DNA of 64,000 bases from assembly GCA_028824015.1 (NCBI GenBank), contig JAPPFC010000055.1:40506-104505 (forward strand), written 5' to 3'. Of the stretch, positions 39,101 to 47,014 are shown one piece after another. Origin of the DNA: a bacterium. Lineage in GTDB: Bacteria > Actinomycetota > Acidimicrobiia > Spongiisociales > ZC4RG35. The notes below the pieces were generated by a model, which worked only from the letters and a program-made list of their open reading frames with translations, ran no database searches and was not told the origin of the DNA. Numbering within the stretch: the stretch's first letter is position 1; every line of letters starts with the position of its first letter. Position numbers and translations under genes: made by a program.

Positions 39101-39496
39101 GTACTGGGTGAGACCCACTCCATGCCCATGTCCGGACCCCTCGATAATCAACTGCACCCTGTCCGGGCTGGTGGTCGCGGTGCCCGACCCGGGAAACATC
39201 GCCCGCCAGGAAGCGGCGCCCACTATCCCATCCGCCTCCAAGCCACGCTCGTTCTGCCAGGCGATAGTGGCTGCTTCGGTTTGTCGGCCGAACACCCCGT
39301 CAGCCGGAATCCCGAGAGCCTCCTGCCAGATCCTGACCGACTCGCCGCGGCTGCCCAGCCGCAGGGGCTCCCCCGGGTAATCGGCCGCCGCGACCGGAAC
39401 GACCGTTCCCAGTAGCAAGATCATCGCGGCCAGAAACGCCGCCACCCGCTTGGACGAGTGTCGTCCCATTGAATTCCTGATGCCTTCCAAGGTCAA
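36173..39496 (-). CDS. Large secreted cell-wall protein: N-terminal signal peptide, SpoIID/LytB domain, fibronectin-III-like region and about seven peptidoglycan-binding (PG_binding_1) repeats
   Basis: 1107 aa. Repeated units have the form GSRG..V..WQ.ALG...DG.FG..T..AT..WQ...GL..DG.VG..SW. A SpoIID/LytB-like core is present (YLVSVQDPWS...HSNRVGLRGLNYGGEM). Signal peptide AAFLAAMILLLGTVVPVAAA. The reverse-strand repeated ORFs in the track are artefacts of these repeats. Confidence 0.7.
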   Translation of the reverse strand: MTLEGIRNSMGRHSSKRVAAFLAAMILLLGTVVPVAAADYPGEPLRLGSRGESVRIWQEALGIPADGVFGRQTEAATIAWQNERGLEADGIVGAASWRAMFPGSGTATTSPDRVQLIIEGSGHGHGVGLTQYGAKGMAEEGYTATQILQHFYQGSSVENLADAVPGSWVITEPLPIWVGIRQNRSELTFAVVTGRVRVCFDGEYSSYPVLAEGTTPGRDNTFTDLLISRLVERGYLQETPGSFNQAVKDAVVSFQTSQGLGADGTVGSQTWQALVAGSGLPDCAGAYYLDAGEDLVVTAAGDGSCTAAPLGVAAGCRLSIQDLSHSNRVGLRGLNYGGEMTQFIHGNVRVRPSGGRIHFSMEMDIEDYVAGIAEIPPTWPDAALEAQAIAARSYAIYAMLRRGAEPSLSSSRKSACWCHVVSDARDQVYGGWNREIQNGGRWELVGARATAGRVLTHPEESVGVVQAFYSSSSGGATEDSSTIWGTAGRPYLVSVQDPWSIDPAVNPNAFWAKTLSLSQLLDIYELSDRFDDVISVDTVSYPWGSAQFLNIAGIRGGDRVTERVSAPTLRSALRLRSRYFTIDYLADWWAPPPAPTGVTVSGGRVATVSWSPVSSRFAPERYTVSVDPAHSDPVTVAASQTTAVISGLQAGVAYSFTVTAGNQIGSSPPSEPTPPSALIIEHPYPGQPLREGSRGSDVRLWQEALGVTADGDFGPATTAATREWQQANGLAPDGIVGSQSWDRMFSQPAPPQPEPDPETETEPDPEEAPQPEATDPQAPSYPGFVLRLGSRGKWVRTWQSALGVAADGYFGTGTAQATREWQQANGLTVDGVVGMQSWQTMFPGAGVEAPEPPPDKEGDDSQGSGSTGTTPGVPPYPGRPLEMGDSGSSVIIWQRALGIQADGYFGSATLSATKAWQYRNGLTADGVVGVSSWLKMFPGAEATETSSPDPGDNDFDGEAPPYPGRPLRTGSRGTHVIIWQRALGIPADGHFGSQTARATREWQRANGLEVDGIVGVNSWVKMFPGASVPGGSSSAGSSTTRPSSVVIEEGDRGALVEKWQGALGIEVTGVFDENTVADTKYWQRTQGIAADGRVTETSWYRMFGDEE

Positions 39497-39568
39497 GCCC
39501 TCAGTCTTGAACAGATACCCAAAGACCCCACCCGCGCCGCCTCGCCAAGTTTAGGGGCCGGACCGAGG

Positions 39569-41305
39569 CTAAATGTACGACCTGGCCACCGGTCGGCGGC
39601 CGATCACCACCGGAGTCCTCCCCGGTGACTGAGGGGTGGCTGCCTGCTTGGAACTCTTGGCGTGATAACTGGAGCGCACCAGCGGCCCCGATTCCACATG
39701 CGGGATGCCCAAAGCCTCGCCGTAGGAGCGGTATTCCTGGAACTCGTCGGGGTGAACGTAGCGATGCACGGGTCGGTGGCGGGGGCTGGGACGCAGATAT
39801 TGGCCGATCGTGACAATGTCCACTCCCACCGCCCGCAGGTCGGCCAGCGCCCCCAGCACCTCGTCGCGGGTCTCGCCCATCCCCACTATCAGCCCCGATT
39901 TGACGAGTCCCTCGGCATAGAGCCGCTTGGCTCGGGCCAGGAGCGCCAACGAGCGCCCGTAGTTGGCGGAGGTGCGGATCTCCCGCTGCAGCCTGACGAC
40001 GGTCTCGGTGTTGTGATTGAGCACGTCGGGACGCTCGGCCATCACCGTCTCCAGTGCTTCCGGATCACCCTTGAAGTCGGGAATCAGCACCTCGATGTCG
40101 GTGTGGGGGGACCGGGCGCGGGTCTCCCTGATGGTGGCGGCAAAGACCGCCGAGCCGCCATCTGGCAGGTCGTCACGGTTCACGGAGGTGATCACCGCGT
40201 GGTTCAGGCCCATCCGATGGATCGCCTCGGCCGCCCGGTGGGGCTCCTCGAGGTCTAGCCCCAGGGGCCGGGCGGTCGTCACGTTGCAGAACCCGCAGGC
40301 GCGGGTGCAACGGTCGCCCAGAATCATCAGGGTGGCGGTCCCCATCCCCCAGCACTCGTAGATGTTGGGACATCCCGCCTCTTCGCAAACCGTATTGAGG
40401 TCCAGGGATCGCATCAGTTTCTTCAGTTCCAGGTACTCGGCGTCCATCCGGGCCGTCACCCGCATCCAGGGGGGACGCTCCGGCTCGCCCGGCAGCCTCC
40501 GGGTTCTCCCCGAGAGGCTCACCGCCACGCGGTCGGGTGAAAAGGTTCCCTCCCTGAGCAACCTGTCCACCTCGAAGTCTCTGTCCCGTCCCTGACCCCG
40601 GACAAAAGCTGCCATCTGCGTCTCCATCGTGGTCTTTCCGAATGTCTCGGCGAAACGCGGCACAAAGGCTTCCACCGCCTCCTCGAGCGATACACGCCGA
40701 CCCACCAGTTCGCTCACGGAAGTAACCGGGCGATCGGTGATCCCACAGGGGTTTATGTGCCCGAAATACTCCATGCTGGGGTGCAGGTTGAGAGCGAAGC
40801 CGTGCATCGACACCCGCCGGGAGACCCGTACGCCGATGGCCGCCACCTTTCCGCCCCGGGTCCACACCCCGGTGAGCCCGGGTTCGGGCCAGGCTTCTAC
40901 TCCCAGATCGGAGAGGGTTGCCACCAACGCCTGTTCCAGGGAGCGCACGTAGTCGGTTATCCGGGAGGGTTTAACGGCGATGAGCGGATACCCGACCAGT
41001 TGGCCGGGGCCGTGATAGGTAACGTCCCCTCCCCGGTCGACCCGGAAGAACTCCGCTCCCACCTCCGAGAGCCGGTCGGGGCCGATCAGAAGATGAGAGC
41101 CGTCCCCTCTTCGTCCCACCGTGTAAACGTGGGGATGTTCCAGCAACAACAGGTAGTCGTCCGCTATGGCCCCTCCGGCCCGGCGCTCCCAGATGGCTCG
41201 CTGGAGGTCCCAGGCCTCTGCATAAGGAAGCCGCCCCAGCCATCGCACGCGAAGGGTGGGGCTCACCCCGGGGGGGGTCACCTCAATTCCTGCTCCCAGT
41301 CCCAT
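39569..41305 (-). CDS. Fused octanoyltransferase LipB - lipoyl synthase LipA (single 578-aa reading frame)
   Basis: The N-terminal 230 aa are LipB (PHVYTVGRRG, GGDVTYHGPGQLVGYPL, KVAAIGVR). The C-terminal 320 aa are LipA (PPWMRV..., the CEEAGCPNIYEC auxiliary cluster, and the CTRACGFC radical-SAM cluster). The frame is continuous. GTG at 41281 overlaps the E2 stop as GTGA and is an alternative start. Confidence 0.8.
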   Translation of the reverse strand: MGLGAGIEVTPPGVSPTLRVRWLGRLPYAEAWDLQRAIWERRAGGAIADDYLLLLEHPHVYTVGRRGDGSHLLIGPDRLSEVGAEFFRVDRGGDVTYHGPGQLVGYPLIAVKPSRITDYVRSLEQALVATLSDLGVEAWPEPGLTGVWTRGGKVAAIGVRVSRRVSMHGFALNLHPSMEYFGHINPCGITDRPVTSVSELVGRRVSLEEAVEAFVPRFAETFGKTTMETQMAAFVRGQGRDRDFEVDRLLREGTFSPDRVAVSLSGRTRRLPGEPERPPWMRVTARMDAEYLELKKLMRSLDLNTVCEEAGCPNIYECWGMGTATLMILGDRCTRACGFCNVTTARPLGLDLEEPHRAAEAIHRMGLNHAVITSVNRDDLPDGGSAVFAATIRETRARSPHTDIEVLIPDFKGDPEALETVMAERPDVLNHNTETVVRLQREIRTSANYGRSLALLARAKRLYAEGLVKSGLIVGMGETRDEVLGALADLRAVGVDIVTIGQYLRPSPRHRPVHRYVHPDEFQEYRSYGEALGIPHVESGPLVRSSYHAKSSKQAATPQSPGRTPVVIGRRPVARSYI

Positions 41306-42588
41306 GTCTCCAGGTTGTTCTTGACACGTTGCAGGAATAGCACCGCGGTCGATCCGTCGAAGGCGCGATGATCCCAGGAAAAGCCCAGGTAACCGATGTG
41401 GCGGATGGCCAGGGCATCCCGGCCGTCAGCCGTGGTCACCACCACCGGCCGTTTGGCAACCGTGTCGGTGGAGAGAATGGCGACGTTGGGGACGTTGATG
41501 ATCGGCGCCGACAGGAAGGAATCGAAAGGCCCGGGGTTGGTGATGGTGAAGGTCGAACCGGTCATCTGGTCGGGGCCCAACTGGCGGTTGCGGGCCGCGG
41601 TGGACAGATGCCGGATGCGGCGCGCCAACCCGACCAGACGAAGATTGTCGGCATCGCGGATGGTCACCACCACCAGACCCTGCTGGTCAAGGTCCACGGC
41701 GATTCCCAGGTCGATCCGGCTGTGGTAGACAGCCTTGCGATCCTCGAGATAGAAGGAGCTATTCACCACCGGGTGAGCCCGGAGAGCGTCCATGACGGCC
41801 CGGCACACGAACGGCAGATAGGTGAGAGAGAAGCCCTCTTCCCTTCTGAAGCGGGCCTTGTGAGCGGAGCGCACCTCGGCTATCGGCTCAAAATCCACCT
41901 CGACCGAGGTCCAGACGTGGGCGGCGGTCTGGCGGGAGCGGATCATGTTCTCCCCTATCCGGACTCGGAGGCGGCTCAAGTCCACCCGCTCCTCTTCGCC
42001 CGGGGGTGCGACCGGCGCCGGAGCGGCCGGGGGAGTTTCTTCGGAAGGCTCCGCAGCGACGGGCTGGGCTCCGCCCTCCAAATAGGCTTCCACATCCCGG
42101 CGGGTCACCCTCCCCCCTTCTCCGGTGCCTGCAATCAGGTCCAAGTCGATCCCGTGCTGGCGGACCAGTCGGCGAACCACAGGGGACAGACGCCGGGACC
42201 GCCCGGGCCGTCCTGCTGCCACCGCCGTCGGCGGGAGATGGGGTTGCTCTCCCCGGGGAGCCGAGGGCTCGGCTTCGGCGTCGGGAGGCGAGACATCGGG
42301 AGGAGACTCCGCCATCTCGGGTGCGGGGGTTTCCTCCTGCACGGAGCCGCCGTGGTCTCCAACCACGCAGAGGTCCCTGCCCACTTCCACCGTCTCGCCC
42401 TCGGGCACCAGTATCTCCAGCATCACTCCCGACACCGGTGAGGGGATCTCGGTGTCCACCTTGTCGGTGGAGATCTCCAGCACCACCTCGCCCTGGGATA
42501 TGGCGTCACCCACCTGCTTTGCCCACCGCAGGATGGTCCCCTCGGTGACCGTCTCGCCCAGTTGCGGCATGGAGATGGTGGTTGTCAT
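41278..42588 (-). CDS. Dihydrolipoamide acyltransferase E2 component (2-oxoacid dehydrogenase complex)
   Basis: Lipoyl domain (ISTDKVDTEIPSP), an Ala/Pro-rich linker, an E3-binding domain, and a catalytic domain with DHRAFDG. Confidence 0.88.
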   Translation of the reverse strand: MTTTISMPQLGETVTEGTILRWAKQVGDAISQGEVVLEISTDKVDTEIPSPVSGVMLEILVPEGETVEVGRDLCVVGDHGGSVQEETPAPEMAESPPDVSPPDAEAEPSAPRGEQPHLPPTAVAAGRPGRSRRLSPVVRRLVRQHGIDLDLIAGTGEGGRVTRRDVEAYLEGGAQPVAAEPSEETPPAAPAPVAPPGEEERVDLSRLRVRIGENMIRSRQTAAHVWTSVEVDFEPIAEVRSAHKARFRREEGFSLTYLPFVCRAVMDALRAHPVVNSSFYLEDRKAVYHSRIDLGIAVDLDQQGLVVVTIRDADNLRLVGLARRIRHLSTAARNRQLGPDQMTGSTFTITNPGPFDSFLSAPIINVPNVAILSTDTVAKRPVVVTTADGRDALAIRHIGYLGFSWDHRAFDGSTAVLFLQRVKNNLETWDWEQELR

Positions 42589-42618
42589 CGGGAACTCCTA
42601 ATCCAGTGCATGCTTGTC

Positions 42619-43998
42619 TCAGTGCAGACTACGGCCCGTTGCCGACAGGAGCGTCTCCCCAACCGCCTCCGACAGGGTGGGATGAGCATGGATGAAGGCT
42701 GCGGCTTCCTCGGGGAGGGCCTCCCAGCCCACAGCGAACATCAGTTCGTGGATCATCTCACCTGCCTGAGGTCCGACAACGGCCGCGCCCACCAGAGGGC
42801 CGTCCTTCTCCGCAACCACCTTCACCATCCCCTGGCTCTGCCCGATGATGAGCGCCCTGCCCACGCCGCCGAACGGGTGCTTGGTGATCTGCACTTCCAT
42901 TCCCATGGCCTGAGCGTCGGCCGCGCTGATCCCCACCTCCGCCACCTCCGGATGGGTGTAGGTAACCCTGGGAATGGCTCGATAGTCCACCGGAGCAGGT
43001 TCGCCGGTGGCGATGTAGGTGGCCGCCGCGATCCCCTCGGCGAAAGCTGCATGGGCCAGTTGGGGCGTGCCGGCCACTATGTCCCCCACCGCGTACACCC
43101 CCGGCTCGGCGGTCTCCATCGTCACCGAATCCACCTTGATGTAGCCTCCCTCCACCTCGGCCCGGACCGTTTCCAAACCTATTCCGTCAGTGTTGGGGCC
43201 CCTGCCCACCGCCACCAAGGCGACATCCACCTCCAGGGCCCTGTCCCGGAATGAGACCTTCACGCCGTTGTCGGTGACCTCGGCAGGACCCACCCCCGTC
43301 TTCAGGAAGAACTTCACGCCCCTACGGCCGAGTTGTCGCTGCAACTGACGGGACGCGTCGGCGTCTCCACCGGGGATCAGCTGCCTCTCCAGTTCGAAGA
43401 CCGAGACCTCCGCCCCCAGGTCCACCAGGAGCGAGGCGAACTCACACCCTATGACCCCTCCGCCGATGATCGCCACCCGGTCGGGACGGGACGACCAGTT
43501 CACGGCGTGATCAGAGGTGACAATCCGGTCTCCGTCGATCTCCCAGCCGGGAATGGTCCTGGCGTGGGATCCCGTGGCCACCACCACCGCTCTCCCCTCC
43601 AGCGTCTCTCCTCCCTCCATCACGATCCTGCCCGGTCCCCCCAGGCGGCCCCGTCCTGGTACGACCTCCACCCCTCGCTTCCGGAGCAGACCGGAGAGAC
43701 CGGTCACCAGTTGGTTGACCACCCGGTCCTTCCGGGCCAGGGCCGCTGACCAGTCCAGTTCCGGTTCGGACGTCAAGACTCCAAACGCCTCCGCATTCCT
43801 CACTGTCGAGAACACCTCGGCCACCTGCAGCCACTGCTTGGCCGGTATACAGCCGCGCAACAGGCAGGTCCCACCGGGCCGTTCCTCCTCCACCAGGGCA
43901 ACCGAGAGCCCGAAGTTCCGGGCGTACAGGGCCGTGGCGTATCCTCCCGGTCCCCCTCCCAAAATCACGATGTCGAACGGGGACTCACTCATAGACAA
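42619..43998 (-). CDS. lpd: Dihydrolipoyl dehydrogenase (E3)
   Basis: FDIVILGGGPGGYATA, the redox disulfide GGTCLLRGCIPAK, and the C-terminal HAHPTLSE motif. Confidence 0.92.
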   Translation of the reverse strand: MSMSESPFDIVILGGGPGGYATALYARNFGLSVALVEEERPGGTCLLRGCIPAKQWLQVAEVFSTVRNAEAFGVLTSEPELDWSAALARKDRVVNQLVTGLSGLLRKRGVEVVPGRGRLGGPGRIVMEGGETLEGRAVVVATGSHARTIPGWEIDGDRIVTSDHAVNWSSRPDRVAIIGGGVIGCEFASLLVDLGAEVSVFELERQLIPGGDADASRQLQRQLGRRGVKFFLKTGVGPAEVTDNGVKVSFRDRALEVDVALVAVGRGPNTDGIGLETVRAEVEGGYIKVDSVTMETAEPGVYAVGDIVAGTPQLAHAAFAEGIAAATYIATGEPAPVDYRAIPRVTYTHPEVAEVGISAADAQAMGMEVQITKHPFGGVGRALIIGQSQGMVKVVAEKDGPLVGAAVVGPQAGEMIHELMFAVGWEALPEEAAAFIHAHPTLSEAVGETLLSATGRSLH

Positions 43999-44054
43999 AG
44001 CGGGTGTCAGTCATAGATGGGAATGTTAACTCTCCTGCGGATATCATCGGACGG

Positions 44055-44147
44055 ATGCCCACTCGCTACCTGATCATCGCCTCCGCCGCCGTCGGGTTGC
44101 TGATTCTGGTGGCCGGGGTGATCTGGTTCTTGCGACTGTACGTCTAA
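44055..44147 (+). CDS. Possible 30-aa single-TM micro-protein (MPTRYLIIASAAVGLLILVAGVIWFLRLYV)
   Basis: A short ORF in the lpd/LLM intergenic gap with a strongly hydrophobic core and a weak GGACGG RBS. Its stop overlaps the LLM gene stop on the other strand. Speculative. Confidence 0.25.
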   Translation: MPTRYLIIASAAVGLLILVAGVIWFLRLYV

Positions 44148-45058
44148 GCCGGGGCCATCGCTTCCACCGCCGGCTCGAGACCTTCCTTTCCCACCGGGAC
44201 CGGTCGAACCACCAACTCGTCCAGTCCTGAGGAACGGTAGGAATCCAACTGAGCCCGGCATTCCTCCGGGGTCCCCGCGATCCCCAGGTGGGCTGCCGCC
44301 CCCCGAAGATCATCGGGATCCAGTCCCTGCTTATCGACATGCTTGCGGTAGAAACCGAGCCGCAGGTAGTGGCCCAGTTCCTTGGCCAGCGCACGGCGAG
44401 CCTCATCCGGGTCCGAGGAGACCGCCACCCGCACATAGGCTGCGATGTGGAAGAAGGCCGCCCCCCTGTCAAGACCGCGAAGCCGCTCCGTGGTGGCGCG
44501 GAGGTGCGCCGCGCTGCACCAGTTGAGCAGCACTCCGTCGGCCTCTCGCACAGCCAACTCCAGCATGCGAGGTCCCATGGCTCCCACCACCGTCCACACG
44601 GGACCGGAGGGAAGCAGTCCCAGTCGAGCCCCTTCCACAGAGAAGAACCGGCCGTGGTGGGTCACCTTTCTCCCATGTCGAAGTTCGCCCACGATCTTCA
44701 GGTAGTCGGAGACCGCATCGAGGGGAGAGGAAAGATCGAAGTTGAAGAACCGCCGGGCCGCCACCGGGTGCCCTGATCCGATTCCCAGCACCATGCGCCC
44801 GGGGCCGGCTATGGCCGAAATAGTGGCTGCGCCCATCGCGGCAGCCACTGGCGAGCGAACGTAGACCGGCAGCACTCCGGTGGCGAGCCGGATCCTGGAA
44901 GTGGCGGTCGCCCACGCCGCCAGGGTGGAGAAAGCCTCCCTCGCGGTGGACTCGTTGGTCCACGCCGCGCTGTAGCCGAGCTGTTCCGCCCGGGCTGCAA
45001 CCTCTGTGAGCCGTCGGGCGGAGAGGCCCGGATCCACCAGCGACACCCCCAACTCCAT
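44144..45058 (-). CDS. LLM-class (luciferase-like) flavin/F420-dependent oxidoreductase
   Basis: About 304 aa from MELGVSLVD, with a TIM-barrel LLM signature (GYSAAWTNE, GIGSGH). The track ORF has a 96-codon upstream extension that overlaps the zinc-ribbon gene. Confidence 0.75.
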   Translation of the reverse strand: MELGVSLVDPGLSARRLTEVAARAEQLGYSAAWTNESTAREAFSTLAAWATATSRIRLATGVLPVYVRSPVAAAMGAATISAIAGPGRMVLGIGSGHPVAARRFFNFDLSSPLDAVSDYLKIVGELRHGRKVTHHGRFFSVEGARLGLLPSGPVWTVVGAMGPRMLELAVREADGVLLNWCSAAHLRATTERLRGLDRGAAFFHIAAYVRVAVSSDPDEARRALAKELGHYLRLGFYRKHVDKQGLDPDDLRGAAAHLGIAGTPEECRAQLDSYRSSGLDELVVRPVPVGKEGLEPAVEAMAPA

Positions 45059-45408
45059 CAAACACCCAGGCCGGGGAGGGAGACCTCCGCGCGGCAGTTT
45101 GGACAGATGGCCGTCTGGATCGGTCCCACAATGAAACTGAAGGAGCACTCCGGGCAGGAGACCCGCGGAGACGGCGGATCCGGCGGAGGGGCCGGCGGGC
45201 CGGGAGGACCCGATGATGGCGCTCCCGGGTATCCGCCCGGTCCGGGTACCGGGGCGTGCTGGGAGGGATCGGGGCCGGATGGGGGGACGCCCCCCGGACC
45301 CGGAGCGGGCCCCTTGACCTGGTTGACGGCTCCGCACCTCGGACACGAGAACCGGCCCGGGCGGGAAATGTTAACGCTGGAGCGACAGGCGCCGCATCTG
45401 ACTCTCAT
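45058..45408 (-). CDS. Small double zinc-ribbon protein with a Pro/Gly-rich linker
   Basis: 116 aa: CGAC-x13-CPRC, then a ~60-aa PG-rich low-complexity segment, then CPEC-x14-CPNC. The stop overlaps the ATG of the LLM oxidoreductase (TGATG). Confidence 0.55.
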   Translation of the reverse strand: MRVRCGACRSSVNISRPGRFSCPRCGAVNQVKGPAPGPGGVPPSGPDPSQHAPVPGPGGYPGAPSSGPPGPPAPPPDPPSPRVSCPECSFSFIVGPIQTAICPNCRAEVSLPGLGV

Positions 45409-45443
45409 GGATTTTGCTACTCCTCTCCGGACAGCTCGGCCAC

Positions 45444-45872
45444 CTATTCCACCCGCTCCCCCACCGCGCCGATGGACTGCAGGTATTGGGCCTCTAACGC
45501 CAGCACCGCCCGGATGTCATCAGAGGTTATCCCCGCGGGGTGGCGCTCAGAAATCTTTTGGCGGATAAAACTCACTGCGGAATCCGAGCCCCCCGCTACC
45601 GTCTCGACCGGTCGGCGGCGGTCCTTTTGAGCCAGCCCCTGCAAATAGAAGATCTCCCACTCGATTACACGTTGGATCCCTGCTTCCCCCAATCGCTCAT
45701 ACGCCTCCCGCGCCAGGTTCTCCCGGATGTGGCCCACAGCATCGGAGACCACGTAGGTGACTCCCTCGCCTGCTCCTCTCCGTCTCGCCTCCTGCCACAG
45801 CAGGATTGCCACCAAAGCGAGGAAGAGGGCGGCCAGCAACCCGCCGAGTGCAACCGAAGTGAAGCCTGACAT
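45444..45872 (-). CDS. Hypothetical membrane-anchored protein (one N-terminal TM helix)
   Basis: 142 aa from MSGFTSVALGGLLAALFLALVAILLW, 18 nt downstream of the ACAD stop. The track's 298-aa version overlaps the ACAD gene and is rejected. Confidence 0.45.
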   Translation of the reverse strand: MSGFTSVALGGLLAALFLALVAILLWQEARRRGAGEGVTYVVSDAVGHIRENLAREAYERLGEAGIQRVIEWEIFYLQGLAQKDRRRPVETVAGGSDSAVSFIRQKISERHPAGITSDDIRAVLALEAQYLQSIGAVGERVE

Positions 45873-45889
45873 TGCCTGGACCGCAATGA

Positions 45890-47014
45890 CTAGAGCCCGA
45901 GCCGTCCCGCGATCTTTTCCCGGTGGAAAGAAGGGTCGCCGAACAGCAACTCGGAGCTCTTGGCCCTCTTGAAGTAGAGGTGGGCGTTGTGTTCCCAGGT
46001 GAAGCCGATCCCGCCATGGATCTGGATATTCTCCGCTGCGGAGAAGAAGTATGCCTCTGAGCAGTACGACTTGGCGAGACTGGCCATCAGCGGACGCTCT
46101 TCGTTGTCCTCGCTGACCGCCCAGCCTGCGTAATAGGCGGCCGAGCGAGCCGACTCCACCTGGGCCAGAACGTCGGCGCACTTGTGCTTGATGGCCTGGA
46201 AGGAGCCGATCGGCCGCCCGAACTGCTTTCTGACCTTGGCATAGGAGACCGCCATCTCCAGGCAGGCCTGGGCACCCCCCACCTGCTCGGCGGAGAGCGC
46301 CACGACCGCTCTCTCCATCATCCTCTCGAGTACCGGCCATCCTCGACCTTCCGTCCCCAGCAGAGCGTCAGCGCCCAAACTCACGTCGTCGAGGGTTATC
46401 TCGGCTTGCTTGCGCGTCTGGTCCATGGTCTCCAATCTGATGGCGTCCACTCCACCGGTCCCGGTGGGGACCAGGAACAGCGACACTCCGAGGTCGGTGC
46501 GAGCCGCCACCACCAGCAGGTCCGCAACATGCCCGTCCAGGACAAAACTCTTGGTCCCGTTCAAGATCCATCCTCCTCCCGGGCGGGGACGGGCCTCGGT
46601 GGTGATTCCCTCGGCTTCCCACCGTCCGTTCGGCTCGGCGAAAGCCACGGAGGCAATCAGATCGCCGCCTGCGATGGATGACAGCAATTCCTGTTTCTGC
46701 CGGTCATCTCCCGCTTCCTCGATCATTCCCGCCGCCATCACAACAGTGGAGAGGAACGGCCCGCAAAAGAGGGACCTCCCCTGCTCCTCCAACACCACGA
46801 ACAACTCCAGGAAGGTGAACCCCGCTCCACCCCACTCCACCGGAATGGCCATCCCCAACCATCCCAACTCGGCCAACGCCGCCCAATGGCGCGGGTCGTA
46901 TCCCCGCTCGGTGTCCATGAGTTGACGCACGGTCTCCATCGGACAGTTCTCATCCAGCCACTGTCGCGTGTAGCGGCGCAGTTCCTCCTGCTCGGTGGTG
47001 AAAGAAAAATTCAT
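45890..47014 (-). CDS. Acyl-CoA dehydrogenase
   Basis: 374 aa with ACAD N, middle and C-terminal domains (SFTTEQEELR..., GTKSFV, IYGGT-like QIHGGIGF). Confidence 0.85.
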   Translation of the reverse strand: MNFSFTTEQEELRRYTRQWLDENCPMETVRQLMDTERGYDPRHWAALAELGWLGMAIPVEWGGAGFTFLELFVVLEEQGRSLFCGPFLSTVVMAAGMIEEAGDDRQKQELLSSIAGGDLIASVAFAEPNGRWEAEGITTEARPRPGGGWILNGTKSFVLDGHVADLLVVAARTDLGVSLFLVPTGTGGVDAIRLETMDQTRKQAEITLDDVSLGADALLGTEGRGWPVLERMMERAVVALSAEQVGGAQACLEMAVSYAKVRKQFGRPIGSFQAIKHKCADVLAQVESARSAAYYAGWAVSEDNEERPLMASLAKSYCSEAYFFSAAENIQIHGGIGFTWEHNAHLYFKRAKSSELLFGDPSFHREKIAGRLGL

